Below are positions 36,528 through 48,671 of a DNA stretch of 64,000 nt, in pieces. The stretch is from NCBI GenBank assembly GCA_965240325.2, contig OZ251226.1:2232001-2296000 (forward strand). The letters run 5' to 3'. Within the stretch, counting starts at the first letter, position 1. Each line of letters begins with the position of its first letter. The stretch comes from Rebecca billardiae RCC1528 (taxonomy: Eukaryota > Protista > Haptophyta). The position numbers were made by a program, and so were the translations under genes. Under the pieces are notes generated by a model. The model was given only the letters and a program-made list of their open reading frames with translations. It was not told the DNA's origin and did no database searches.

Positions 36528-36686
36528 CACGACGAGGCCCTTCCAGTTCCGCGCAGGTTCGACCTGTCTGGCCACTGGGTCCGGGACCGTCCGGTGCCTC
36601 CCTCGCCGCCCAGGCCGGTCGCTTACTCGCTCCGTGCAGCCTCGCTCGCGCGCGCGGTGTGTGCCGCGGTGCCGCGGTGTCGCTTG

Positions 36687-38138
36687 ATGAGGCCGACCGC
36701 GCGGCTCGCGGCGGCGGCGGCAGCGGCGGCCACGGCGGCGTCGGCGTCAAGCGCGGCGCGCTCGCGTGCCGAGGTCGAGGATGCCTCACGCCTCGTGATG
36801 GTCCACGTCGTCTTCCGCCACGGCGCGCGCACGCCCGTCTACACGAATCAGGAAGCACTAGGGGGTGCGGAGTGGTCGCTGTGCTCGACGAAGCAGCGCG
36901 ACGAGCGCACGATCGACGTGGACGCCGCGTCGTCAGCCGTGCGCATCGGCGACCGAGCTGTCGCTCCGTGCGCCGTCCGCCTCCACCATCTCCTCGACGC
37001 CTCTCGCCCAGCCCCCGCGCCGCCGCCCGAGATCGCCGGCCAGTTTAAGAATGTGCTGCATGGCGGCTGCCGCAGCGGGCAGTTGACGGACCTCGGGTGC
37101 GAGCAGGCGTACACGCTGGGCACGAGGCTACGCAAGCGATACGCCGGCCGCCTCCCCGGCCTCGCGGACACGTGGGACGAGCGCACGATGCGCGCGCGCT
37201 CGACGTGCGTCCCACGGTGCGTCCTGAGCGCGCAGTTCCTGCTGGCCGGGCTGCTGCCCGCACAGCGCGCGCCAGTGCCGCTGGGCGTGCTCGACTTTGG
37301 GCACGAAGACCTCTTCCCCAACAGTAAGGGCAGCGACGAGCTCCGCGCCATCCTCCACGCCGGCCGCGAGGCGTGGGTCGCCGAGCCGACCGACCCGGAC
37401 GCGCGTGTGTGTGGCGCGCTCCTTAGCGAGCACATCCCGGCCTCCGCGCGCCGCGCACTCGACGTGGACGCTCACAACTTTGTGCGCGTGCGCGACGTGC
37501 TCGTCGCTCTCGCGGCGCACGGGATGGAGCTGCCGTACGGCCTCGGCCGCGTCGACGACCTCCTCGACCGCATCGAGCGCCTCGCCACCGCGCAGATTGT
37601 GCACATGATGCACGGCGGCAACGCGGGCGGGCCTGAGGCACTGGCGGCGCGCGCGAGCGAGGTGCACCGGCACAGCCTGGGGCAGTTCCTCTCGGGCGTG
37701 CTCGCGGAGTTCGACGCGCGCGCGCGCGGCGAGGCGACGCCCGCGCTCCGCCTGTGCGCCGCGCACGACACCACCGTGCTACCGCTCCTCCTGCTGCTCG
37801 GCGTGTACGGCGACGGGCCGGCGGAGTGGCCGCCCTTCTGCGCGAGCCTGGCGTTTGAGCTGCACGCCCTCGGCGGCGGCTCTGGAGGCGGCACTCCGGG
37901 CGCGGCGGCGCGCGGCGGGGAGGCGTACGGGGTGCGCGTCGTGTACAACGACGAGGACATCACCGCGCGCGTGCCCGGCTGCGCCGCCGCCGCGGGCGCG
38001 CCCGGGGCGCCCTGCCCGCTCGGCGCTTTTCGGCAAGCGGTCGCCCACGGGCTGCCGCGGCGCGATGAGGAGGAGGGCCACACCGGGCCGGAGCACAAGG
38101 GGCCGGCGCTCATCGCCGGCGGCATGAGCCAGTTTTGA
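36687..38138 (+). CDS. Histidine acid phosphatase (branch 2, ACP6-like)
   Basis: VVFRHGARTP, GQLTDLG, RSTCVPRC, AAHDTT, WPPFCASLAFEL. Confidence 0.9.
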   Translation: MRPTARLAAAAAAAATAASASSAARSRAEVEDASRLVMVHVVFRHGARTPVYTNQEALGGAEWSLCSTKQRDERTIDVDAASSAVRIGDRAVAPCAVRLHHLLDASRPAPAPPPEIAGQFKNVLHGGCRSGQLTDLGCEQAYTLGTRLRKRYAGRLPGLADTWDERTMRARSTCVPRCVLSAQFLLAGLLPAQRAPVPLGVLDFGHEDLFPNSKGSDELRAILHAGREAWVAEPTDPDARVCGALLSEHIPASARRALDVDAHNFVRVRDVLVALAAHGMELPYGLGRVDDLLDRIERLATAQIVHMMHGGNAGGPEALAARASEVHRHSLGQFLSGVLAEFDARARGEATPALRLCAAHDTTVLPLLLLLGVYGDGPAEWPPFCASLAFELHALGGGSGGGTPGAAARGGEAYGVRVVYNDEDITARVPGCAAAAGAPGAPCPLGAFRQAVAHGLPRRDEEEGHTGPEHKGPALIAGGMSQF

Positions 38139-39096
38139 GGCCGAGCGCCGCTTGAGTCTGAGCCGTGACTATATCGCCGCCGAACGACAGTGCATGCTCA
38201 TGATGTATTGCCGATAGTGTCGACGACCGTCGGCCGAGACCGTCACCGAGTCCGAGTACGGAGTAGTCCGATGACGTCAATGTCAGACGTCAGTACTCCG
38301 GCATTAAGACGATCAGTGCCGCGCGGAGTAGAAGACACTAGCAGTCTGAGCGGCTCTCATCACGGTCTCTGGCTCTCTCTCAGAGACTCTCACTCTCAGT
38401 CTGACTAGTCGATTCAGTCCGTCACCGTCTTACTATACTCTAAGTCTACTCGGAGAGTCTGCCGTGCGGCCCGTCAGCAAAGTGCCTCAGTCGGCTGCCT
38501 GTTCTGGAGATCGAGCAGCGGCCAGCGTACGGAGAGATGATGAAATAATTCTCAGAGATGATGATGACGATCCGGTAGCTAATCGAGTAGAGAGCTAGCT
38601 GCTAGAGCCTACGGAGAGAGCTAGACGGTCGAGAGATGAGATCCAGAGAGAGAGAGATCGAAGTACTGCATGTCTGAGTCAGTATAGAGAGAGCGCGCAG
38701 AGGTCTCTCTCTCCCTAACCCTCTCTCTCTCTCTGCATGATGATCGGAGTCTAGCTGAGCCTGAGTCTCTGAATCTGACTGTGGCTCTCTCTAGTCATCT
38801 CTCACCGCCTCACGACTCACGAGTCACGGCTCACGCCTGTCACACTCTTAGTCTTACTGAGTGACTTACACTACGATTACGGCTACGCAGGCGGACATTG
38901 CTCGGCGCAGCTTCAATACTAGCCGTGACACTCGCGACGCGCATCAGTGTACTCTGTGTAGTGCCTGTGCGTCATCATCACATGATCAGTAGTGTCAGCG
39001 TCAGCCTTGATGCCAGTGTCGTTCAAGAATCAAGCAGGACTGACCGTCGGTCGAGAACATCGTCGCGTCGGTCAAGCCGCCACGCCCGCGACGCCC

Positions 39097-39987
39097 TCAG
39101 GCCGGCTTTTGAAACCATACCCCCTCGTACACGTTTGGCAGGTTGAGCACGCGTGGTATCCCGCCTGGTGTCTTGCTTTTTTGCTCGCGGATCTCCCCGG
39201 TCTTCACCAGGGGCACGTTGAGCCCACGCGTGCGCCTGAACTCGTTGACAGCGTTGCGGCAGCCAATGTACGTTCCGTAGTCGTCGATGTAGACGAGGCC
39301 TCCCGGGCTCACCTTGTCGTACAGTGCGTTGAGCGCCTGCATGGTGCTCGAATAGACGTCACCGTCGAGGCGGAGGAAGGCGATCTGCTGCACGCCCGCG
39401 CGCGGCAGAGTTTCGTTAAACCAGCCAGGCAGCACGTGCAGCCGCACGTGCGGGATGCGCATCACCCCATGTTGCTCGAGGTTGGCCTCGAAGCTGGCCT
39501 GGGCCGTGGTGTAGTAGTGCGGCCTGCCGATGAGGGCACCGGCGTGGCGCCCTGCCTTGCCCTCATCGCGCCGGTCCTTTGGGTGCGTGTCCGGCAGCCC
39601 GCTGAACGAGTCGGCTGCCCAGAAGGCGCGGGCGCTGACGTCGCGGCCATACTGGCGGAGCACCTCGAGCATGAGCACGGCCGTGCCGCCACGGAACACA
39701 CCCGTCTCGAAGACGTCGCCTGGTATGCCGAGCGCAAGCACGGCGAGCGTGAGCTCCACCGTCTTGATCCGACGGCCGAGCGTCACCATCGAATGGGTTC
39801 GCATGTGCGCAATCCGCTCAATGCGCCTCCTGCCCGTGTCCACGATCGTGCCGTTCGCGGCGCGGCATGGGGGCACAGAGGGCGCTGTGCATGCCCAGTG
39901 CGCGGCTATCTTTTCGAGCGCATTGTTGGTGCTCACGCGGGGCACTGCGCCAAGCACTGCGGCGGGGACAAGCGCTAGAGCGAGCAT
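39097..39987 (-). CDS. TylF/MycF-family O-methyltransferase with signal peptide
   Basis: IPGDVFETGVFRGG, DSFSGLP, GWFNETLP, IAFLRLDGDVYSST, VSPGGLVYIDDY, CRNAVNEFR. Confidence 0.92.
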   Translation of the reverse strand: MLALALVPAAVLGAVPRVSTNNALEKIAAHWACTAPSVPPCRAANGTIVDTGRRRIERIAHMRTHSMVTLGRRIKTVELTLAVLALGIPGDVFETGVFRGGTAVLMLEVLRQYGRDVSARAFWAADSFSGLPDTHPKDRRDEGKAGRHAGALIGRPHYYTTAQASFEANLEQHGVMRIPHVRLHVLPGWFNETLPRAGVQQIAFLRLDGDVYSSTMQALNALYDKVSPGGLVYIDDYGTYIGCRNAVNEFRRTRGLNVPLVKTGEIREQKSKTPGGIPRVLNLPNVYEGVWFQKPA

Positions 39988-40250
39988 CGGGCGATGGCGG
40001 GAGGCGTGGTCACGCACGCCCCGGCAGCACTCAGCCTCAGGCCGGGGCAGATTGATGCCGCAGAGCGGGGTCAGGCACTCACAGGAGTGCGGTGATCAAC
40101 GCAAGATCGACGTTGGATTCCCCCATTCCTCATCACGAACGCAAGAAGGCGCCGAACCGTTTTATCGTCGTCAGCCACTAGTTCTCGCCGTGCGTCCTTC
40201 TGATCATTTCAGATTCATTCTTGACGAATTCGTGCATCGTACGTGAGAAG

Positions 40251-41168
40251 ATGGCTGCGGCCCGACGCAATCGGGGCCTGCCACTCACAATCGTGCTGCT
40301 CTGCGCGCTCGGCGAGCGGCACGCTGGCTACTTCCGCGGAGGGCGCGGGCCATCCGCATTCCGCGCACAGCGCCGGCCCTATGGGGCAGCCACTACCGAG
40401 CGCATCGTCTGCCTCCGGAACCGGCGCAAGAACTCCCAGAACCCTCGGCCAGCAGGCCCGTCGCCTGGCTTCCTGGTCGGCGCATCGAAGCTGGCGGACG
40501 ACGTCTTGGACGACCCTGACGACCAGGATGACGACGCGAGCGGCGTGAGCGCATCCCGTGTCAAGCTCCCCGGCGTGTGGAGCAACCGGTCGCTCGCGGC
40601 ACGGCGGCGCTGGGCCGACCCCGTGTACCGCGAGAACCTTCTCGAGAAACGGCGCGCGCGCCGGGCCGCGCGGCCAGAGGAGCCGCCCCGGCGGCTCGCG
40701 ATTGGACCACTCGACTCGGTCGTCTTTAGCCCGTCGCCCGCCCAGACCCAGATCTGGCGCAGCAAGGCGGACGACATCAACCGGTGGGCGCGCGCGAACC
40801 AGCTGCGCCGCGAGAAGGCCCTCAAGTGGAAACACGACCCGATCGGCTGGACGCGCGCCCACCTCGAGGCGGGTGCGCAGGTGCGCTCGCAGCTCGACAA
40901 CACGACGTACAAGGAGCTGCGCCGCGAGAAGAGGCGACTCGATGCGCAGGCGCGCTGGGCGACCCGCAAGCGCAATGCCGAGCGCCGGCTGACGCGAGGG
41001 AGCGCGGGCGGCGCTCCGAGCAGCGCGGGCGCATCGAGCAGCACTGCTGGCGCCGGGGATGCCGAGTCTCGCGCTGTGGCTCGCGGAGGCAAGCGAGGCG
41101 TCGGCAGGCCCCCGGCTAGGAAGCGAAGCGATGCAGCGGATCCGATCATCGACGACGAAGACTATTAG
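40251..41168 (+). CDS. Hypothetical basic protein with signal/transit-like N-terminus
   Basis: Intronless ORF with coding-like codon usage; RRWADPVYRENLLEKRR-type basic helices; family not recognised. Confidence 0.55.
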   Translation: MAAARRNRGLPLTIVLLCALGERHAGYFRGGRGPSAFRAQRRPYGAATTERIVCLRNRRKNSQNPRPAGPSPGFLVGASKLADDVLDDPDDQDDDASGVSASRVKLPGVWSNRSLAARRRWADPVYRENLLEKRRARRAARPEEPPRRLAIGPLDSVVFSPSPAQTQIWRSKADDINRWARANQLRREKALKWKHDPIGWTRAHLEAGAQVRSQLDNTTYKELRREKRRLDAQARWATRKRNAERRLTRGSAGGAPSSAGASSSTAGAGDAESRAVARGGKRGVGRPPARKRSDAADPIIDDEDY

Positions 41169-41802
41169 CACGTCGTCTCGCACGTCGAGGGCAGCAGCGC
41201 ACGTTCCGCCTTCCGGCCGGGCGGAGCCTACGCAGCTACGCTCTGTACAGACTGTCCGTGAGACGGTCTGACTCAGGCTGCTGAACGTGTCAGAGTCCCA
41301 GGACTAGTGATGATGGCGGCGCTCTGATGGCCGACATCAATTCTCTGGCGAATCTGCTGATGATATCACCCTGACGACCGGCGGGGCCGGGCGCCCGGCC
41401 CCGGTGACACAACGCATACTCACTGATACTGATGATGATCAGCGCAGCGCTACTGTGAGTACTGATGAGTTATTGTTATATATACTGCTCACATGACGAA
41501 TGATGTCGATCTAGTTACTCAGTCTCAGAGTCAGATTAAGATGCGACTGCGCTGCGCGCTTGGCGACTCCCGCGACTCGGCCTCACTCGGGCGGCTCGGC
41601 CTCGGGCCTCGGCGCAGGGCGGCGCTAGCTAGACTGCTCGGCGCTAGCGGCGGCTCAGCGCCGCCTAGAATGAGTTGTGACGATATTGCGCGCGTTAGCG
41701 TAGTAACTATAGTCGCGTATCGGCGTAGCAGTCGGTAGCTACTGCCGCCACGTCAGTCTGCACCGTAGTAGGACCGGCCACTGGGTCACGTCGGATTACC
41801 GA

Positions 41803-44800
41803 TTAGCTCGTGGCAGTAGCCGTCGCGGCCGCGACCGCAGCTGCTGGATCGGCATCCCGGCGACCGCTGCAGGCTTGCATCTCGACGCCGCCGGCGGAGC
41901 TGCAGTCATGAGCTGCCGCCGCCGACGTCGCCGCTGCGCCGCCGGACGCGCCGCCGCCAGCGTCGAGGTGCCTGCGATGCTGGCTCGTGGAGACCCATGC
42001 CGCCTCGCTGTCGTCGTCAGCAGCGCTGTCGTCGGTGAGAGCCGAGCTCTCCCGCCTGAGCTGCTGGTGGGCGAGCTCGTCATCCTCATCGGGGTCTAGA
42101 ACCCTCGACGCCGCCTCCTTGCGCCGAGCCCGCCAGATGCAGCGTGCGAGCACGCACATCCCGCATGCGCCGATGAGGAGCACTGGAAGCAGCGCGGGCG
42201 CAAGCCGCTTGAGCGTGCCACCAAGCCCAAGGCTGATGCGCTCCCCCTCCTCGTCTCCACTCATGCCCCCGGCGGCCGCGTCGGGCGCGGCGCCGTCGGT
42301 GCCGCCGTGCGCGCGGCCGTGATCAGAGCCCCCGCCATCGCGCTGCGCGGCTGTTGGTGCGGGCTCGGGCTCGGGCTCGCACGGCGGCAGCGCCACCGTC
42401 TTGTGCCTGCCATCCACAGAGACGGCGCCGTCGCCGCAAAGCGGGTTGCCTGCGAGCCTCAGGATGTGCAGGGCGCTCATGGCCGAGAGCTCGGTGGGCA
42501 GCTCGCCCTCCAGCGCGTTGTCGTGCAGCCAGAGCTCGTGCAGCGTCTCCATCGCGCCGAGCTCGGTCGGCAGCGTGCCGCTCAGCCGGTTGCCCGAGAG
42601 CCGCAGGTGGTAGATGTCCTTCAGAAGGCCGAGCTCGGTGGGCAGCGGGCCGGAGAGCTCGTTGTCCTCGAGGAAGACCTCCCACGCCTGCTGCAGCCCC
42701 GCAATCTCCGTGGGGAGCGTGCCCGTGAGCAGGTCGTCGAAGAGGTGGACGATGACGAGCGAGCTCACCGTCCCGAGCTCGGTGGGGATGGTGCCCGAGA
42801 GCGCGCCACCGTACGCGTAGAGCTGCGGGCTGCCCAGCCCAACGCCCAGCTCGGTGGGCATGGTGCCTGTCAGCGGCGGCGGCACGAACAGGTACTGCTC
42901 GCCCTTGATGGCGGCGAGCTCCGTGGGCATCGTGCCCATGAAGTGGTTGTGGAAGAGCTCCCTGTGCGAGCGAGAGCCAACGCGAGGTGGGTGCCGGTGG
43001 GCGGGCGGACGGGGTGAGTCAGTCAGCCGCGGGCTTGAGGCGCTCACGAGGTGGCGGGCTGACGGGCTGGGCGCGCGCGCTCGGCGAGACGTGCGTCCGC
43101 CACACTGCATCGCCGCACTGCGGGCGGGATCCGGGGGCGGGCGGCGTGCGCGCACAGCTGGTCGAGGCCGCTCATCCTGCCCAGCTCTGTCGGCATCGTC
43201 CACGAAAAGCTGTTGTAGTCGAGCAGCCTGCGCGGCGCGAGGGCCGCGGGGCAGCGGCGCGCAGCGCGGATGCTGCAGTCAGCCCGCGGCGCACGCTCGG
43301 GGTGTTGATCCTCAGATCGATGGCGAGCTGCACTCGATCGATCAGCGCGCGGGCGCGAAGGGATGCCTGCCCGTGACCAACGACCAGTGAATCAGAATCT
43401 GCATGCCGGCTGCCCCAGCGGCCACCATCTGCACAGCCGGCATGATCACCGCCTCGGCGCGCGCCACGGCGCCAGGCGCGCGGCAAACGCACAGGGCGTC
43501 GAGCTGCGTCATTGAGCCGACCTCAGTCGGGATGCTTCCGCTCAGCTCGTTGGTGTCGAGGATCCTGCGGCCGAGGAGCAGCCGACAGCCGCAGCGCCGC
43601 AGGGCGTGAGTAGCGCCGGCCGCGGCGTGTCGGAGGGCGGGCCGGCGAGGGCGTGCACGCGCGCAGCCGCCCGCTCAGTGGACATGCGCAGGCAGCGCAG
43701 CCCAGCGCAACAGCGAGCGCCCGGGCGGATGTCGTGCAGCGTTGGTTGGGGGTTCCTTCGCACGTGCGCGCACATCCAGTGGAGGCTTCGCAATGTCGCG
43801 AGCTCAGTGCTCAGAGAGCCGCTCAGCGAGTTGTCGGCGAGGGACCTGCGAGCGAACGCCGCGCGGCGAACGCCGCGCGGCGTGGGGCGGCAAGTCAGGC
43901 CGTGGCCGTGGCCGTGGAGGACGCGCATGCACGGGCTGACCGATTCGGGACGTCGCAGTCGCAGCCCGAGACCCCGCCCCGCGCGGCGGCTGATTCTCGT
44001 GCTCCCGACACGAGGAGGCAGCGCCCCTGCCGCCAGACTGCGGCCGACGCGCCCCGCCCCGCACGTGGCCCTCGTGCGCGACGTGCGGCCGCGACGGGCG
44101 TGATGGCGGCGGTGCACACGGCACGGCACATGGCGCGTGCGCGCACAGAAGCCGAAGCGCTTTCATTCCACTCAGCTCGGTGGGGAGTGGGCCCTCGAGG
44201 CTGTTGTGGTTGACCGCGCTGAAAAGCGCGAGCCGACGTGGAGCATGATGCGCAGCCGTTCCCACCCGGCGGCGCCAGCGGCACACCGTCGTAGGGCGCG
44301 ATGGGACCGACGACGAGGGCCGAGGTGGGCGAAAGGATCGGGATGATGGCGGGCGGGTTCGCGGCCCGGGCGGCCAGTTGGGCGCGTGGCGCGTGGCGCG
44401 CGGAGGCGGGTGGTGGCAAGGTGGACAGGAGGGGGGTGGGGGTGAGCGGGGTAGAGAGAGCGCACACGCGCTTGCGCGGCGTAGCGCGCAGATGACGCGG
44501 CCTCGGCGGCTCGCCCTCCGGCGCGCGCGCGCGCGCGGCGCGCAGGGCGCACGCACAGGTACTCCAGCGCGCTCAGCTGCGCAATCTCGCTCGGGAGATC
44601 GTTCGAGAGGGCGTTGTCGTTTGCATACAGAGCGTTCAAACGGGTGAGGTAGCCGAGCTCGGTGGGTAGCGAGCCCGAGATCGAGTTCTCGGCGAGCTGG
44701 CTGCGCTCGGCACGCGGGCGGGAGGCGCGGGGAGCGCGCCCAGCGCGGCAGATGGAGAGGGTCGTGAGCGGCAGGGCGCGCGGCAGGTGGCGAGGTGCGC

Positions 44801-45411
44801 AGGCGCGCAGCCGAGTGCCCAACACACACGCAGGGCGAGACGCCGACTGCAACCGCACGAGCTGACAATGTGGCAAGCGGACGCATGAATCGCTCGCGCG
44901 ATCTAAGCATCGCGCGCGCGGTGCGCAGCGTCTCACAGGTAGTGCAGGTTCGTCGCGAGCCCAACCTCCGTTGGGATCGTGCCGCTCAGCCCCATCTCAG
45001 TCGCAATCCTGCGAGCGGCGGCGGCGAGAGGGTGGGCGCGCGCAGCGACGGGGAGCACTGCTGTCAGCTCGTGGGCACTGGGCGGAGCGCGTGCAGGCAG
45101 GGTTCCTCCAGCGCGCGATCGCAGGACACGTCGCGCACGACGCACAGTGCACTGGCTTCCTCCATCGCCGCCTGGGACTGATGCTCCTCGAAGACCTCGC
45201 CAAAGTCGCGCGCGGCCGCGCCCGTTAGACGCGTGCAGAGGAGGGTGGCGACGGCGATGAGGCTCCGCGTCGTTGGCACGCGGGCTGCTCGACACGGCTT
45301 TGGTCGTGCGGACACATGGCAGGTGCCGGCATGCGCCGGCTCAGCGGCACGCACGCGCGCGGTGCGCTCCGTATCCGCCAGCGCCGACGGCGCAGCCAGC
45401 GTCCCCGCCAT
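41803..45411 (-). CDS. LRR receptor-like membrane protein (no kinase), 8 exons
   Basis: Exons 45146-45411, 44937-45008, 44557-44700, 44147-44218, 43774-43845, 43493-43564, 43156-43227, 41803-42961, all with GT-AG phase-2 junctions. LxLxxNxLSGTLPTELG repeats, GNPLCG cap, TM LAPALLPVLLIGACGMCVLA. Start codon less certain. Confidence 0.88.
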
Positions 45412-45571
45412 GAGGTTTGGCGACGATAGCTCGGTCCAGGATCGAGGAGGCCTGCGCGAATCGGGCCCCTTGCCGAAAGTCCGGGTACCTGTGAAAAGCT
45501 GTCTAAACAGAGCGCTTTCCGGTAAATTCACCAAGGTCGTACCACACTCTCACGCGCCATCAACAGCAGCG

Positions 45572-46375
45572 ATGTCGGCACGCCGCGCTGTCGTCGGCCT
45601 GGCGCTCGCCTGCGCGGCGGTGCAGCAGTGCGACGCGCAGCCACCAGCGCCCATCGGGCGGGGCTGGCGGTACCAGGGCGTGCGTTTCGGCGTGACCACG
45701 CACTCCAAGCCCAGCGCCTCGGGCCACCTCATCTTCCACGGTGCGACTGACGCCGCGGGCTACCACATCGCGGACCTAATGGCCGTCTGCCTCGACGACG
45801 AGCACGCGACGGAGTGGGTGGACAAGCTGCTGGAGAAGCGAGTAGGCAAGTGGTCCGGCCGCCCGACGAGCGCGGCCTGGGGCACGCGCGTGTACGAGGA
45901 CCTTTTGTTGCAGCTCTTCGACGGCCCGTGGCCGGTCGCCGATCGCGAGCTGCTCATGCACCGCGTCATCTCGCTCACGCCGGGGAATCGGACGGCGCGG
46001 ATCGCGTTCTACGACGCGGGGAACGTGGCTGGCTACCCACCTGACCCCCGCCACGTGCGCGGCTGGGCCGAATCCATCTTTGAGTTCGTCGCGCACCCGA
46101 CCGAGAAGCGCACGCGCATCATGCTCACTGGGTACGTCGATCCCAAGGGCCGGCTGCCGACCGCGTTTGTCAACCTGATCAACCGCGACTGGGCGGCGAA
46201 CACAATCTCGGGGCTGCTGCGCCGCGTAATGAGCACGGAGAAGCGTCGCGGCCCGCCCGGCCCGATGCAATCCGGCGTCGCCAAGGGCGCTGACCTGAGT
46301 GGCTGGGGCGGGCAGAGCGTGAGCGCGCGCGTCGCGAGCAATGAGAGTGCGTGGGGGCGGCTCTCGTCGATGTTT

Positions 46376-46406
<31 letters not shown>

Positions 46407-46483
46407 TGCCGCGGCGGCGGCGTGGGTGGTTCGGCGGCGGGCGAACGCAGGCGGTGTCGGCCCCTTCGCACACCGAGCTGTAG
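45572..46483 (+). CDS. START-domain lipid-binding protein with signal peptide
   Basis: PWPVADRELL, HVRG, YVDPKGRLPTAFVNLI. Confidence 0.8.
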
Positions 46484-46937
46484 CGCAACATCTGCCACTG
46501 CGGCTGCGATGGCTTCCAGCCGCTTCGAGTTCGAGTTCGACGCGGTTCGCACATGTGTGACGATGCCATCATACGTGTGAACTGTGATGCCATGTGTGAT
46601 GAAGCTGCATAACTCAGTGGGACGTGTCACCGTCGTTCATGGCGACCGGCGGTCACTGGCAACACTGGATATCTGCTGCTGCTGAGTGCTGACGACATCA
46701 TCATCACTGATCGACTATACATTATAGCGGCGCAGCGCTGCGCGCGCTACTCGGTCTCGGTCTCGGCCACTCGCCACTCGGAGTCTGCTCGACTTCGAGT
46801 GAGTCGAGTGAGACAGTCGATCGTACGGCGTACCCGTTACCGGTCCGAGACGGTTCAGATGTGAGCCACTCAGCAGCGGTAGCTTACGTACTCGTAGACT
46901 ATGACACGAGTCATATACGACTCGTCGGAACGCGTAC

Positions 46938-48671
46938 CTACGGCTGCATCTGCGGCTCCACTGACGGCAACTCGATGTCGGGTGCGCACCGCGGGGCGGG
47001 TCGTGCTCCCACAACCTCGGCGGTGATGGCGCCATGCGCTGCGTCATCGGCATCGCCATTGGGGGGCATCGTCGACATTGCCGACTCTCCGCCGGACGTG
47101 TGCCCAGGTGCCATCACCATCTGGATCTCCCCGCCACCAACGCTGCATCCTACGGCGGCGGCACCGCACGAATCGGCAGCTGCCGAAGCATCGCCGTCGT
47201 GCCACCTGGCCACGTCCAGACTGCCTTCCAAGGGATCCGGATCGTGCAGCTGCCTGTGCGTGCGGCGTAGCGCTGTGCGGTCAACTGCTGCCGCTGACTC
47301 CGCGTGCGAGCTGCCAGCACTTTCGCCGTCGCTCGCCGTGGCATCGACGCATGCGCACACCACTGCGTCGCCGAGCACGTTCATGGCCGTCCTGAAGCGC
47401 TCGACCAGCCACTCGGAGCTGATCACGTACCCAAGCGCAGCCGTACTCGGCACCCCCGCAGCGCGCATGGTGATAGCATAGAGCACGAACCCCGCGCCCG
47501 GGATCGGCGCGGAGCCGACCGACAGCGCGCACGCGAGGACAACCACTGTCAGCCGGCCTGCGGCACCCATCGTGTGCACGTACCCGCTCGACGCGGCAAC
47601 GAAGAGCACGTTCAGCGTCGCGCCGATGGCGCCTCCGTCCATGTTCACCGTCGCGCCCAGCGGGAGCACGAATTCCACCGTTGAGCTGCGCAGGCCGAGC
47701 TCCTTGCAGCAGCGCTGCGTGGTGGGCAAGGTGGCGGCGCTGCTCGCGGTGGCAAAGGCGACCGCGACGGCGCGCGACATGCCGCGCAGGTACGCCCATG
47801 GCCTGCGCTGCTTGCCCACGACGCGCAGCAGCGCGCTCAGCGTGAGCGTGGCGTGCAGCGCATAGGCGAGCAGCTGAGCCAGCAGCAGCCGCGCCAGGGC
47901 CCCCAGCAGGCCAAAGACGTTGGTGCGCGCGACGCTGGCCGCGACGAGCGAGCACACGCCCAGTGGCGCGAGGACGACGAGGCGCTCAACCAGGTACAGC
48001 AGCGTCGTGCACACGCCGCGCGCATACTCGAGGAGCAGCGCCGCACCCGCGTCCGCGGCGGCGACCCCTGCCGCTGTGGGCGGCGGGGCGGCGCGAGCGC
48101 CCAGCTGAGCACGGACAGCAAGGCCTATGGCGACGCCGCTCGCGATGATCGAGAGCAGGTTGACCTCGGTCAGCGCGAGCAGCACGTTCTGAGGTACGAC
48201 GTCACGCCCCAGCCTCAGCAGCACTTCGGGCACGCTCACCGTGTCCATCGCGCCCGCGGCTGCTGCATTCTGCTTCGCACCGGCTGAAGGCGCGGCAGGG
48301 GCAGGCTCCTCGGCGGGCAGGTCGAGGTGCTCTCCCGGGCGCACGAGCTCGAAGACGGCGAGGGCCTCAAAGGCGGCGAGCACTGTCGTAAGCGCGTACA
48401 GGAGGACCGTCCGGCGCAGCTGAGCGGCCGAAATGGGCGTCTTTTCGTTCATCACGCACAGCATCAAGCTGAAAACAAACGGGCCAAGCACGCTCTTGAA
48501 CACGCGGATGAAGAGCTCGCCCGGGAAGGCGACGACACGGATGACATCGGTGGACGCGTCCGCATGCCGCACGCCCGCACCGATTGCCACGCCAAGCACG
48601 CACCCCGCAGACGTGGCGAGGGTGACGCCACATACGCCACATCGTCCCCTTCTCCAAAGGGCGGCCGCCAT
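46938..48671 (-). CDS. Dicarboxylate/amino acid:cation symporter (SLC1/EAAT-GltP family)
   Basis: FPGELFIRVFK, AFATASSAATLP, LPLGATVNMDG, ERFRTAMNVLGD. Confidence 0.93.
   Translation of the reverse strand: MAAALWRRGRCGVCGVTLATSAGCVLGVAIGAGVRHADASTDVIRVVAFPGELFIRVFKSVLGPFVFSLMLCVMNEKTPISAAQLRRTVLLYALTTVLAAFEALAVFELVRPGEHLDLPAEEPAPAAPSAGAKQNAAAAGAMDTVSVPEVLLRLGRDVVPQNVLLALTEVNLLSIIASGVAIGLAVRAQLGARAAPPPTAAGVAAADAGAALLLEYARGVCTTLLYLVERLVVLAPLGVCSLVAASVARTNVFGLLGALARLLLAQLLAYALHATLTLSALLRVVGKQRRPWAYLRGMSRAVAVAFATASSAATLPTTQRCCKELGLRSSTVEFVLPLGATVNMDGGAIGATLNVLFVAASSGYVHTMGAAGRLTVVVLACALSVGSAPIPGAGFVLYAITMRAAGVPSTAALGYVISSEWLVERFRTAMNVLGDAVVCACVDATASDGESAGSSHAESAAAVDRTALRRTHRQLHDPDPLEGSLDVARWHDGDASAAADSCGAAAVGCSVGGGEIQMVMAPGHTSGGESAMSTMPPNGDADDAAHGAITAEVVGARPAPRCAPDIELPSVEPQMQP

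Noticed and set aside
38714-38723. CCCTAACCCT telomere-like motif
   Set aside because: Fewer than two units, inside a CT microsatellite.
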